50,030 nt of DNA from Octopus bimaculoides (lineage: Eukaryota): the NCBI RefSeq assembly GCF_001194135.2, contig NC_068982.1:65911049-65961078 (forward strand). The letters are read 5' to 3'. A program made the translations under genes and the position numbers. Positions 39,823-48,912 of the stretch are shown piece after piece. The notes under the pieces were generated by a model that was not told the DNA's origin, did not search any database, and saw nothing but the letters and a program-made list of their open reading frames with translations. The stretch's first letter is position 1. Every line of letters begins with the position of its first letter.

Positions 39823-42467
39823 TTATGATGGACTTCTTTCAGTTTCCATCCACTAAATCCACACACAAAGCTAATAATTTTTCACTTAAACACAGTGTAA
39901 ATTAAACATACTTTTGGGTTGCTACATTAAGTATGTAGCAACAAGAAAAAATGTACCAATGGGTGTAGAGGGGTAAAACTTGATGTCGCCAAGAGAGAAA
40001 CTTACCACATAATCTGAATAACTGCAGTGGCCATATTGTGTTTCATAAGTCTTGGAGTCATTGGCTTTAATTTGTTCTTTCTTAAGAACTCTGCTGCTTT
40101 CCTTCATGCGGACAAACAACTGTAAAATAGATAAGAAAAGAAAACTCGGTTCATAATTTTCTAAGCGGTTCATCTTATCTTTAAAGGGTATATTCACAAT
40201 ACTTTATAAGATGAGCAACAAAATTATTTATCTTTTAGAAAATTTTTTATATTCTTTGTCTTTGCTTTTACAAGTTTGCACCACCATTGCCATCATCATC
40301 ATCACAATTTTAACATCCATTTTTTCCATGCTAGTGTGGGTTAGATGGAATTTGTTGAGGCAGACTTTCTGTGGCTGGGTACTCTTCCTGTAGCCAACTC
40401 TCACTCATTTCCAAACAAAGTAATATTTTCCCAAGAGAAATCTACAGGATTGAAAATTCAGCTAATTCTCTGGTATGTTAGCTATTTGGCCATTTTCTAC
40501 CCTCTTTCCATCTGTCTGCCTAACTCTCTCTTTATTATTAGGTCGTCAAATATGAAACTTGTAGAAAAGAAAAAAAGTTTGATGTTTTATAAATACAAGA
40601 AACAGTTTTATTCATCAAAGTATGCACCTATATTGTCAATACACTTTTGCCATTTCAGTGGTAGCTTGTCTAGCCCAGAATTGTAAAAGCCTGGCAATCT
40701 AGAGTCATCGGAATTAAATTTTTTTCCTATCAAAAAGTTATCCAAATTCTAGAAGAAGTGGTAGTCAGTGGGGGCAAGATCAAGTAAGTATGGTGTATGA
40801 TGGCGAACTGCCAATTCCAACTCTTGTAGTTTCGCCAATGTCATTTTTGCAATGTATGGTTTGGCGTTGTCTTGCAATAAAATAGGAGTGGATCTGTTGA
40901 CTAATTTAGGCTGGGTTTTTTTTTGTAAGTTTCTGCATCATTTGGTCCAGTTGGCTGCAGTATACTTTGGCTGTGATTGATGAATCAGATTTAATGAAAT
41001 CATAATGGATCACACCTGTGCCAGACCACCAAACACACACAATCAGCGTCTTTTGATGAATTTTGCTTTTTGGACTGTGTTTTGGTGGCTTGTCTTTGTC
41101 CAACCATTGTGCTGAACGTTAACGGTTGTTGTGTTGGATCCATTTCTCATCACATGTTACAATTCAATTCAAAAATGATTAATTTTTGAGACGAGAAAGT
41201 AGCATAATGCAGGCTTCCAAACGTTATTTGTTCCTGATTTTCATTAAGTTCATGTGGAACCTACTTATCCAACTTTTTCTCTTTACCAATTTGAACTAGG
41301 TGAGTCAATATTGTTTGTTTGCTAACACCAAACAACAATGATAATTCACGGGCACTTTGAGATGGATATGACTCGATGGTGGCTTTCAGCTCATCATTGT
41401 CCACCTTTGTTTTTGGTTGACCATGTTGTTCATTTGTGAGGTCAAAGTTACCAGAACGAAATTTTGCAAACCAATTTGCTACAGTCTGCTGTGTAATAAC
41501 ATTAGAATGAAATAGTCCATTAATATTCTGAGCTGTCTGTGATGCAGTATTTCCAAGAAAGAACTCTAAACAAAAATAGCAAAAAACGATTTATAAATAC
41601 TTTATAAAGTGCAATAGAATAAAGAAATAAATGTGTCAGCTTTCTAACAAAAAATAAAGATTGTCAAAATATAATAATGGTGCAAAATGAGCAGCTGTCA
41701 AAGTTTACCCTATACTTTACTACAAATTTCATACTTGATGACCTAATACATGTATGTGCAAACACATACTAACACACTATAGATTAATTAGATTTATTCT
41801 TCAGTATAAAAAGTTCAGTCAGAAAATTATGAATTTTTTTTCCACACACAGATAAACAAAAGGACTTTTAAGTAAAAAAGATGTAAAAAAAAAGACATAA
41901 AAAGAAACAAAAATACATCTTGAAACATTTTGAAAATAAATAAGATTTCACAATATATAAAAATGTCACCTTCTTGGAATGTGAAATCAGTTCTTGGCGA
42001 AAAGCAGGGATTTGGTTATTGATGTTGTGTCTTATAAAACTGAACAACAGAGAAAGTTCTTTTTGAGTTAAAGGTTCAGTCATTTTGATGTTCTCACACA
42101 AGAGTGCATAGGCATCTAGACGAATCTACAAGAGAAATGATAGGAAAGAGTAACAAATCTGAAATACGACAATATCATTCAGTCAATTAAGGAATAGAAC
42201 ATCGGTTAGCAATTAACTCTTCATTTCCCGTGTTGTGCATTGCATGTAACATGTTAATGTTGATTTCACCAAAAGCAAAGTACCAAGAGTATTCTGGTTA
42301 GAATAAGGCAGGTATGTAAAGGTTGTTGCAGTAAAAGCATGCTTGAAATATTAAACAAAGAGCGTAGGTTAGCTAAGACCTGGTTCTCCAAATGACTTTT
42401 CACTAACCAGCTAGCTTATCAATTAAGACTTGGTCAAAACATTTCAAATCAGTCCCATGCTCTTTTT

Positions 42468-42554
<87 letters not shown>

Positions 42555-45500
42555 ATCCATACAGCCACCGGAATATATAGGTGTGCACTATCACACCACC
42601 TAGTTGAACCTGTAAATTGGATGTTGGCATAAGAATCCGGTTCTCTGCAGAAACTAGAGAAGGGACGTAATTCAATTGACATCCCCTATACTACGGTGAA
42701 CCACTACAAATCTATACAATCCATAGAAAGTTAACTATAAGACATAGATATGCACCATGCTGAAGAATCGCTCACATATTTGGAATGGTGCTCTTTGTTT
42801 TTATATATCTCCTTTGTTTCAGTTGTTAGGTCTAGACAAAAGGAGCTGCACCAAAATCTTTTACAGGGCCTCTCAGACCACTAACATCGACATGGTTAAT
42901 GTTTCTCTTAAACAGGCACACGAGAAACCTTAGGCAGGAGGAAATTCCAGAAGATACATTCTGAAGAGGAAGGAATGGAAAAAGTAAAGAGTGCGGCACT
43001 GGTTGCATGGACACAATATAGGAAACACAAGTATTGAGTTTGAGACACACAAGGAGACACAAGTATTGAGTTTGGTGGCATAAAAGATGCACAGGTATAT
43101 TAGATGCACCACAATTGCAGTACATATTAAGAAAAAATGTTTTTAGTGTGTTAATGTATGTATTTATTAGCTCATGGGAAGCCCGACTCCACATGAAGGA
43201 CCTGGGATGATTTTCTGAAACATGTTTTTGGAAAAGAAAAAGTGCGTCTTACATCTCACCATATAAGTTTATATCATGCGTGTCTGAAAGGAGATGACAT
43301 GATAGCTGCCAACTCTGAGAAGAGGCCATTGTAGTAGCAGTAAAAATGGCAGTGAGGAGACAACACATCTGTAGGACAGACGTTGTTTTTGGATGCAGTC
43401 TACATCTAGGATATCTGTATGTGTAGAAACAGGAACATCCCAGGTGCAGGAGCAATATTCTATTGGTGATTTAACATGAGTTCCTCACCCAAGCATTCAC
43501 AGTCTTAGCCATACTTAAAAGAAAGCAATTTACCTGATTGAACCTGTATGCCTTTATTCAACCTGCTGTATATAGTAGCCAAATCTCCCTCAAATTATAT
43601 CAGCATTGTAACTCTTTTTGATACCAACCTGCCTCTGACTGCTCCTAGTTCTTTAATACAATCTTTCTGTTTTAAAGTGATCTAAATTAAAATCTTGTAT
43701 CAAATCTCATGCTGATTTATGTTCCAAACACCAGCTTAATAATGACAGTTAACTAAATCCTCCACTATTTTCAAAATTAGTTGAAACAAAGTTATGTATT
43801 TCAACAGAAATACATTAACTAAAGGATTAAATAAAGACAAGATGAGCATAGCTGGAGAGCCTTTCATTATAGGTCTGTTTGATCAGGGCTAACCTGAAGG
43901 TAATAACAATAACAATCTCTATTTACCCATCAATATGCTTCACTCTGTTTCCACTCATTATTTTGCCATAGCTGTTCTTCTGAACTTGCTTGCTATATAC
44001 ATTGTTCACCAAACAAATATCACATTCATCTCTCTACCTCCTACCACCATTACTTTTTCTCCCCTCTTAAACTCTATAATAAGCACTCTTCCCAATCCTA
44101 CCTCATCAGGACTGTCTTCTTCAGTCTCTCCTTCACTGTTTTTCCTCCATCTATATATAATTATATAATGACTATCAACTATCCCTATACACCTTCCTGC
44201 TCCTACTAGGACTGTCTGGGAAGGCTATGGGTAACTGTCTCTCTTCCCGGGACTAAAAAAATAAAAGGAAAAGAAAAATAAGGCAAATTATTAGACACAT
44301 TAAGTAGTGTTAGTACTTTGGACTGACCTATAAACATTTGACAGTCTATGAAAATAATATGTCCATAAAATGTTTCCCTTGAAAATTAATGCTAGAGAAT
44401 AACAAAAATATAAAACAAAATCTGCTACCATCAACATCAAAAATACTTAATAGAAATACCTGATTATTTAAATGATTAAGAGCAATATTCAAAACAGAAA
44501 ATGGAACAACTCCATTCCAGTTTTCGTTGTCTCTGACATCGGTTGATTTAGGAAGCTGATATAAAACTCCAATAGATTTGGCTCTCCGTAAGCACGTCAG
44601 CAAAGCTCCAAGATTTGTAAACTGTTTAAATGTGTTATCTGTAAAATGCAAATAAAAATGCTAGCAATTGAGAAAAGAGGGTGGTAAGAAGTTTTTAAAG
44701 AGGTCCAAAGAGGAAGTTAAAGTTAGGAGAAGAGAAATAAATTATATAATAAAAGTTGCCCAACTGCAAACATGTTAAGGTAGTCAAGCAGGACAATAAA
44801 AGGAATTCATTAATATCCGCAAAGAAACAAGTTGTTTTCTTCACTGTCTTTGGGTGTACAGTGACTCTATGAACTGAGAGATGGTCTTCAGAAAAGCTTG
44901 ATAAATTAAAATGTCTAGCTGAATATCCCCGACAACTACGTTAAGGCTACACGTGTCTGTGGAGTGCTCAGCCACTTGCACGTTAATTTCACGAGCAGGC
45001 TGTTCCGTTGATCAGATCAACTGGAACCCTCGACGTCGTAAGCGACGGAGTGCCAACAACAACAACAGGGTGGTAAAACAAAGAATGTGTATCCTGGGAC
45101 CCTGAAGCAGGCCCAGGAGGGAACAACAGTTAATAATTGGAAAAGGAAAGTGTAATGATGGTTGCCTCTAAGAGGACATTATGGAAGAGGTGCCTGAAGA
45201 CTCTAACCCAACAATGCTCCCAGGAATAGTGGGCAGAGAAAATGGGTGGATGGAGTTTAAAAACAGAATTGTTGCATAGCTAATTGCTCTATATAAAAAA
45301 AAACTGATAAAAAAGAAGGTACTCAGTACTTGACTAGGAATCAAGAACTATTTTTATAAAAGAATGTATTTACCTTGAACATGCTGCCTTGTTGGCCATA
45401 TTGCTTGTACCATGAACTCCAAGACATGCCTACTGCTTTTCAATAACTTTGGTAATAAATACTGTCAATAGAAATTAAGAATTTATTGTATTGTCACCAT

Positions 45501-48489
45501 TGATGTTGATACTGCTGCTGAGGTAGTATTAGTGTCTAATATGTATAATTACAAATAAACATTACGAGTCAAATGTATGGTGACCGACAGATGTAGTAGC
45601 CAACAGACATAGAGATCAACAAACTTGGTACAAGCAGAGCATTGTAATTAAGAAGTTTGTTTCATGTAGCTTTATGTTGCTCCAACTGCACTATGGACAA
45701 GTATTTTCAACCACAACCTCTCAATTCAAGCTTCAGGTAAACAGAAACTGTGTAGTAGCCTGCCAAATGCACTATCCTTGAGCAGTAGACTCAATTATTG
45801 CTTAGTTTAACCACAACCACATTATTTGGCTCTTGGATGTCTTTAGAGGAGACCCCTCAGTTGCAAGCAAACAGATTTGATCTCAAGACTGAGGATATCA
45901 AGATAATCTTCCCCTTCTATCACAAGTCTCAGAGGTCTTTCAATATTACAGGTATTGCCCTGTTCTCTGACTAAGCCTTGCAAAAATTTATTGTAACAAA
46001 CATGAAAGGATATACCAATAAACATATATATACACCGACCAATAGATATCATGGTTAATGAGTGGTCAATGAATATAGAAATGAATACAAGTAATGACCA
46101 AAAGGTATGGCAGTCAACAGATAAAAAAGTTAATAAATAGTTACTGATAACCACCAGAAATTCATGGTGAAACAGTTTAAATGTCAATAAGTGCATTGGC
46201 TAACCATTGTAGTGTCAATCTTATGGAATGTTTGAAAGAGAAAAGTTTAGAAATGAAATGATAAAATATTATACTGACTTCTGTAATATGGATATTTAGC
46301 TTAGATTCAATTGATTCTGTACAAAGAAGATGAACAACAGGTTGAATCCATTGGTGGCACCAAGCCTGTCTCTGACTGCAGCACAATTCACCAGATGTAT
46401 TCTTCCCGTCCTTCACACTCTTCATAGTGGAACCACATTCTTTACACTTATTAACCCAGAGTTCCTGCTGGTGTTTCTGTAAAAGTTTCTCATAGAGTTC
46501 ACTTGCCTGTATGTAGAAGAATTAAATAATTTTGAAATTAAATTACCAGAAGGTTCTGGAGAAATTTCTTTCATAAACTAAACACAGTATTTTTAGAATT
46601 GGACAACTATACAACTGACTCCATAAAATGATTTCTTCCCTTCACACCAGGTCAATTTTTGAAGGAGAACAGTTGACTGAATTTAGCCCAGTGTTATTGA
46701 TACTTATCTCCTCAATTCTCTGAGATACAAAAGATGAAATTGATTCTTGGCAAGATTTGAATTCAAAAGATAGTGAGATGAAACTACATCTTAATGTCCA
46801 TTTTCCATACTTGCACAAGTCAGATGGAGTTTATTGAGGTAGATTTTCTATATCTGGATGATCTTCTTGTCACTAATCCTCACCTATTTCCAAGCAAGGT
46901 AATATTACACTATGACCAGATACGTTTTTGTAGAATATCAGAAATGGATGACAATGAATGTATGACAATGACACTTGTTTACAACTATCATACAATGTCA
47001 AGACAAGGAGACACAAACACACATACATGCATGTACACATGCATATGCACGCACGCATGTGTACTTGCATGCACACACCACAATAGGCTTTTTTCAGTTT
47101 CTGTCCACCAAATCCACTCACAAGATTTTGTTCAGCTTGGCAGCTTGGGGCTATAGTAGAGGACACTTGCCAAAGGTGACATGATGCAGCGGGACTAAAA
47201 CTGAAACCATGTGATTGGGAAGCAAACCATGCCTGTGCCTAAACATTATAATATATCTAGTTCAGTAAACAATTATTTCTACCAGCTCACCACACAACAA
47301 GCTTCTCATACATCAAACCTCCTCCTCATCCTCACATTCTCACAAAACCCAGTACAGAGTTCAACTAGATTTCATGAAGATTAGACAAACCTATTACTGT
47401 TAGACCCAGCAAAATGCCTGCAGTGTATATAGACTAATGTTCCATAAACTAAGAACTTAATACTCATTTACTGTTATTTCACCTCTACAATGAAGCAAAG
47501 CAAATTTCAGTGCAAAAATGAAGAAGCAAATAGGAATGCCAGTTCAATGATTTTGATAGAGACTTTTCTTTCAGGCTAGTATACCTACAGGTCTCTCTAA
47601 TTCCTTATTTTACATGAAGTGTTGGTGTTAAAAATGTTGTAAAGACAAATGATTTTCTAACAGATAGAATTAAGCATAAAGAAGTTAAGGTATCAGTTTT
47701 CAGCTAAATCAAATGAAGCAAATAACACTGCCTCTCCTACAAATACAATATGAAACAATAATCAAAGCTCAAGCCAATGAAGTAAACCTTTACATAATCA
47801 TTCAAAATGTTAAAAACAGCAGCTAAATCTCACTAAAATCACACCATACCATTTTATGAAAAAGACACATCAGATAATATAATTCTAGGTTTGTAGTGTT
47901 TAATTTGACCTTTTATGTTCTGAACTCACATGCTGCCAAATTCAACTTTGTTTTTTATCCTTCTAAGGTTAATATAATAAAGTACTGGTCAAGTACTGTG
48001 TTGATTTAATATTCTTGTAGAGCATTCTAGATCAGAATAAAAAAAATTATAGTAGAACGCATTAAGTAATAGAGTTTTATGTCTCTGAAAAGACAGAATG
48101 GTCAATGCCAGCATACCTTTGAATATTTAATCAATGTGGACATGGAATTAAATCACAATAATCATGACAGCACGTTTCCAGTAATTTAGAATCTTAATTG
48201 GCTAGATTCAGTGCATGGATTTGAAGAACAATCCAACCCATACATTAGAGAAAGTGAATAAATAATGTTATAGAGTTAAGATAAACACTTACATATGATG
48301 CCAATTGATGTTCTTTCATTTGTTGCAAGATGGAATCAGTTATATTAGGTTCCAAATGTAAAATAACTTTAGAACCAAACTGGTTAACTAGACAGCACAA
48401 AGCACCATATTTTCCTTTACTGCTCCAGCTGATATCTTGGAGCAGCCTGACGGTTAACTCAGACACAAACTCCATATTGCTTCCAGGCT
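2064..48489 (-). CDS. THADA: THADA / Trm732 orthologue (thyroid adenoma-associated protein; tRNA 32-2'-O-methylation cofactor), partial: 27 exons, ~1375 aa, 5' and 3' ends not in this exon set
   Basis: 27 GT-AG exons joined in phase (4127 nt). Diagnostic motifs: [94 protein letters not shown]. All are colinear with vertebrate THADA as I recall it. Confidence 0.97.
3000..3350 (+). mobile_element. RTE-clade LINE 3' fragment
   Basis: Decayed frame CSVQERRLHWFGHVMHMDEDSCIKKCQSLKVDGTRGRGRPRKT. Confidence 0.8.
3703..4095 (+). repeat. Local duplicate of 5789-6150 (SINE tail plus unique sequence)
   Basis: Colinear shared blocks from ggcaaagt..gacctca to gtactgc; contains a 3x tandem ~18-bp ctgaatatatcagtttgt unit. 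Confidence 0.8.
5250..5363 (-). CDS. THADA: THADA exon 26
   Basis: tacag / GTAAGT; ELKYTYWGILVNLLQEDDMQVKESAVTVLNRLNPANI. Confidence 0.92.
5387..5588. mobile_element. Palindromic Penelope-like-derived insertion with degenerate hammerhead motifs
   Basis: Arms 5387-5471 and 5477-5588 each carry TGATGA-A-GGCTG..CAGCC-(G/A)AAA; 14-bp flanking direct repeat acagagacaaagtt. Confidence 0.75.
5688..5890 (+). mobile_element. SINE family C 3' portion
   Basis: ggcacaaggccagcaatttt...ggcaaagtcgacctcagcagaatttga; related copies at ~8160-8310 (-) and ~32215-32430 (+). Confidence 0.7.
6400..6700 (+). mobile_element. RTE-like LINE 3' relic
   Basis: Decayed ...SKTILT..VGRGRQQEV..WTD.KEW-type C-terminal RT region. 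Confidence 0.5.
6911..7061 (-). CDS. THADA: THADA exon 25
   Basis: aacag / GTAGGA; LSEETSLLERWCAVLTLCSATEQSASLQLAC...LLLKDPDKVL. Confidence 0.9.
7153..8056. mobile_element. Two oppositely oriented 3' ends of one LINE family (7153-7320 minus; ~7740-8056 plus)
   Basis: Shared gattgtt(a/t)cttctgataggacccta core and (GGAT)n tail; third copy at ~45070-45255. Confidence 0.6.
10015..10078 (-). CDS. THADA: THADA exon 24
   Basis: tctag / GTGAAA; QEIQECAVTFSAELFPRVYYE (compare human SEIQSVALRLASKV). Confidence 0.78.
11110..11150 (-). CDS. THADA: THADA exon 23 (41-nt micro-exon)
   Basis: tttcag / GTAAGT; LSYHIVDLLEQYQ+GG; supplies the phase 0-to-2 link needed between exons 22 and 24. Confidence 0.7.
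12202..12273 (-). CDS. THADA: THADA exon 22
   Basis: ttaag / GTATGA; VLRLFTCPPIASHIAQMDILKASK, phase 0-0. Confidence 0.75.
13438..13921 (-). CDS. THADA: THADA exon 21
   Basis: ttcag / GTAAGT; PSVCLIIRQVALDI...FPGQAQYL...SSLYEIRLEVL...EDHPQCLAE; inside ORF 13342-13944. Confidence 0.92.
14533..14990. mobile_element. Rearranged tRNA-derived SINE forming 76-bp inverted repeats
   Basis: Arms 14533-14608 and 14915-14990 (2 mismatches); tRNA head 14819-14875 on +; body 14609-14815 on -. Confidence 0.85.
15124..15230 (-). CDS. THADA: THADA exon 20
   Basis: ttcag / GTAAGT; IQQLVLLLPTLLQCHQESAIQDVMETFHKRLWILS. Confidence 0.9.
15400..16290. mobile_element. Back-to-back RTE LINE 3' fragments (~15400-15780 minus; ~15780-16290 plus)
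   Basis: Plus strand EDMQRLERSELSILQWLCKV...RCSVQQRRL; minus strand has the homologous GISCNSAKEK..GHV..RKTW-like segment. Confidence 0.7.
16330..16700 (-). mobile_element. CR1-clade LINE 3' relic
   Basis: Decayed ..YCSHI....STLWNSLPAPIFPVDVDLQWLKRNIN. Confidence 0.6.
18012..18180 (-). CDS. THADA: THADA exon 19
   Basis: ttcag / [27 protein letters not shown]...QNFLHGLLLQ. Confidence 0.95.
18395..18535 (+). mobile_element. RTE LINE fragment
   Basis: MLRWICNVSVHTQQSVSTLREKLDLRSISCGVQER*LRWYGHV. Confidence 0.75.
19359..19493 (-). CDS. THADA: THADA exon 18
   Basis: ttcag / GTATGT; ...NPTLYPVLLVLGRLYPSTLDG...AFIPYII. Confidence 0.95.
19715..19801 (-). CDS. THADA: THADA exon 17
   Basis: ttcag / GTAAGC; QTGRTFFTHYPSLYQFLLEQIDKASPQL. 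Confidence 0.95.
20263..20360 (-). CDS. THADA: THADA exon 16
   Basis: ctcag / GTGAGT; ITNSATLLLSSLMTRIFGVNRTKLDKNLPRKN. Confidence 0.95.
21338..21460 (-). CDS. THADA: THADA exon 15
   Basis: tttag / [47 protein letters not shown]. Confidence 0.97.
22501..22620 (-). CDS. THADA: THADA exon 14
   Basis: tttag / GTTTAT; AIVSTEPISTGNVNFKQTMVKLLDLA...ESK. Confidence 0.93.
24670..25153. mobile_element. Fold-back Penelope-like-derived insertion with hammerhead motifs in both arms
   Basis: Palindrome centred on ttcaggccactgcagtgacctgaa (24868-24891); 10-bp flanking direct repeat tgtttttatt (24659-24668 / 25156-25165). Confidence 0.8.
25001..25046 (+). ncRNA. Minimal type I hammerhead ribozyme motif (probably impaired copy)
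   Basis: GACAC-CUGAUGA-A-GGCUG[loop]CAGCA-GAAA-CG-UU-GUGUU: stem I GACAC/GUGUU, both core boxes intact, palindromic AACGUU helix III; first helix II pair is G.A instead of G-C. Confidence 0.7.
25501..25633 (-). CDS. THADA: THADA exon 13 (RRSAGIP motif)
   Basis: tgtag / GTACTA; SSIPSVHTLPCQWLDNIM...[18 protein letters not shown]. Confidence 0.96.
26320..26595 (-). mobile_element. Old tRNA-headed SINE with conserved-core-like body
   Basis: Minus-strand head gtgaaggtccatgctctagtggctaagg...ttgatttcc and core taacccttcgacggac...gaggagtattttactcttggttgcttat. Confidence 0.5.
26902..27011 (-). CDS. THADA: THADA exon 12
   Basis: aacag / [42 protein letters not shown]. Confidence 0.96.
27494..27946 (-). 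mobile_element. Young retroposon family B copy
   Basis: Same (atc)n-gtttaacgtccgc end; four internal ~55-70-bp repeat units. Confidence 0.85.
27947..28001. repeat. (AT)n microsatellite
   Basis: Pure AT dinucleotide run. Confidence 0.95.
28476..29000 (-). mobile_element. Young retroposon family B copy (longest)
   Basis: Same end; extra 5' segment with duplicated gtcttcgcaag..gtccaatgaagga. Confidence 0.85.
29041..29365 (+). mobile_element. tRNA-derived SINE, older relative of the 14.5-kb family
   Basis: A box gtggcttagtggtta, B box gagttcaattcc, 3' part gttaagggtatacgtgtctgtgaagtgctcagccacttgca. Confidence 0.75.
30334..30569 (-). CDS. THADA: THADA exon 11 (DUF2428 region)
   Basis: tgcag / GTTCGT; ...[24 protein letters not shown]...LITVNQ. 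Confidence 0.95.
30796..31060. mobile_element. MITE-like hairpin element with TA TSD
   Basis: 123-bp arms 30796-30918 and 30938-31060, 19-nt loop, TA on both sides. Confidence 0.8.
31653..32076 (-). mobile_element. Full-length tRNA-derived SINE (family A) with duplicated head
   Basis: Head, internal (TA/CA) microsatellite, CpG-rich 3' body, aaacaagtaaaagagt end; further partial copies near 4.4, 4.8, 11.3, 20.5, 23.1, 27.3, 33.9 and 47.1 kb. Confidence 0.85.
32690..32870 (-). mobile_element. Possible hAT transposase relic (dimerisation-domain region)
   Basis: LSFVELKW*TRALRSTLT resembles hAT ERSFSxLKxxKTxLRSTM. Confidence 0.4.
33319..33458 (-). CDS. THADA: THADA exon 10
   Basis: gacag / [52 protein letters not shown]. 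Confidence 0.94.
34365..34520 (+). mobile_element. RTE LINE 3' end
   Basis: MKVDGTRRRGRPRKTWDEVVRTDLRKLGLTEEMAMDQDIWRYEVLEKT. Confidence 0.8.
36194..36564 (-). CDS. THADA: THADA exon 9
   Basis: tccag / [37 protein letters not shown]...AAASRPLYPTIHCIRYIL. Confidence 0.95.
37339..37487 (-). CDS. THADA: THADA exon 8
   Basis: ttcag / GTAGGT; ...TLLQCLTDTFEENKTTAFKIFIALPKPFFLK. Confidence 0.92.
37821..37950 (-). CDS. THADA: THADA exon 7
   Basis: catag / GTAAGT; IFLSDLMALLLDKIFPSTPFTCRTTALSII...EALD. Confidence 0.92.
38557..38672. repeat. Compound (AT)n/(GT)n microsatellite
   Basis: Visible dinucleotide runs. Confidence 0.9.
38870..39730 (-). mobile_element. Tc1/mariner DD37D (maT-like) transposon relic, internally deleted
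   Basis: KHPVNIMVFGVITSDGDVMPP...QQDSVPCHT...WPPNSPDCNPLD with 37 residues between the last two Asp; in-frame stops; ends approximate. Confidence 0.85.
40006..40119 (-). CDS. THADA: THADA exon 6
   Basis: tacag / GTAAGT; LFVRMKESSRVLKKEQ...YSDYV. Confidence 0.92.
40538..41746 (-). mobile_element. Full-length decayed mariner (DD34D) with TIRs and TA TSD
   Basis: TIR ttaggtcgtcaaatatgaaacttgtag vs ctacaaatttcatacttgatgacctaa, TA on both sides; motifs *VPHEL, TCDEKW, VWWSGTGVIHY, QDNAKP, YLLDLAPTDYHFF; stops and frameshifts. Confidence 0.92.
41970..42125 (-). CDS. THADA: THADA exon 5
   Basis: tgtag / GTGACA; IRLDAYALLCENIKMTE...NQIPAFRQELISHSKK. Confidence 0.93.
42468..42553. repeat. (AG)n microsatellite
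   Basis: GA run with two interruptions. Confidence 0.95.
42870..43460 (-). mobile_element. CR1-clade LINE 3' relic
   Basis: EYCSCTWD..ILD..IQK; FYCYYNGLFSELA; LFKRNINHVD, same type as 16330-16700. Confidence 0.6.
44460..44638 (-). CDS. THADA: THADA exon 4
   Basis: tacag / GTATTT; NTFKQFTNLGALLTCLRRAKSIG...IALNHLNNQ. Confidence 0.92.
44918..45066 (+). mobile_element. 3' half of the SINE family seen at 14.5-15 kb, (AAC)n tail
   Basis: gctgaatatccccgacaactacgttaaggctacacgtg...gacggagtgccaacaacaac. Confidence 0.85.
45374..45461 (-). CDS. THADA: THADA exon 3
   Basis: gacag / GTAAAT; YLLPKLLKSSRHVLEFMVQAIWPTRQHVQ. Confidence 0.92.
46279..46506 (-). CDS. THADA: THADA exon 2 (window numbering)
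   Basis: tacag acceptor, GTCAGT donor; ASELYEKLLQKHQQEL...AWCHQWIQPVVHLLCTESIESKLNIHITE; 76 codons. Confidence 0.92.
48293..48489 (-). CDS. THADA: THADA exon (1st traced in window)
   Basis: ttcag acceptor, GTAAGT donor; PGSNMEFVSELTVRLLQDISWSSKGKYGALCCLV...HQLASY. Confidence 0.92.
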
Positions 48490-48637
48490 CTGAAATGATA
48501 GGAATAAATATAATTCATTATTCATATCATAAGATATTTAGAAACTTTGAGAGATATGAAATAAATCGCATTTATAACAGTGTAAGTCAAAGTAGGATAT
48601 TGGGTTAAAAAAAACCTTTTGGATTGAAAATGTTGAA

Positions 48638-48706
48638 GGCTGCCCATGGGACTCAAATCCACATCTATAAACAAAACAGATGTTCTATCATTGTACCAAA
48701 ATAATC
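48638..48706 (-). pseudogene. Degenerate tRNA-like sequence (tandem unit 1)
   Basis: A-box-like tggtacaatgatag, T-arm-like gtggatttgagtcccat, 3' ggcagcc. Confidence 0.4.
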
Positions 48707-48840
48707 TTTCAAATATTTTTCATCTATTTTAGAAACTTCAAGAGATATGAAATAATTAATGTTTTTAATGGTGGAATTTAAAATAGTTAAAAGCATGTAG
48801 AATATTGTGTTAAAAAACTTCTTGAATAGAAAAAGTCAAA

Positions 48841-48912
48841 GGCTGCCTGTGGGATTCAAGCCCACATCTTCTGTAAATATGATAGATGTTCTACCATTAT
48901 ACCAAAGCAACC
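48841..48912 (-). pseudogene. Degenerate tRNA-like sequence (tandem unit 2)
   Basis: 72 nt; acceptor stem GGTTGCT/GGCAGCC, A box TGGTATAATGGT, T arm GTGGG-CTTGAAT-CCCAC, T5 run just downstream; anticodon arm broken. Confidence 0.55.
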
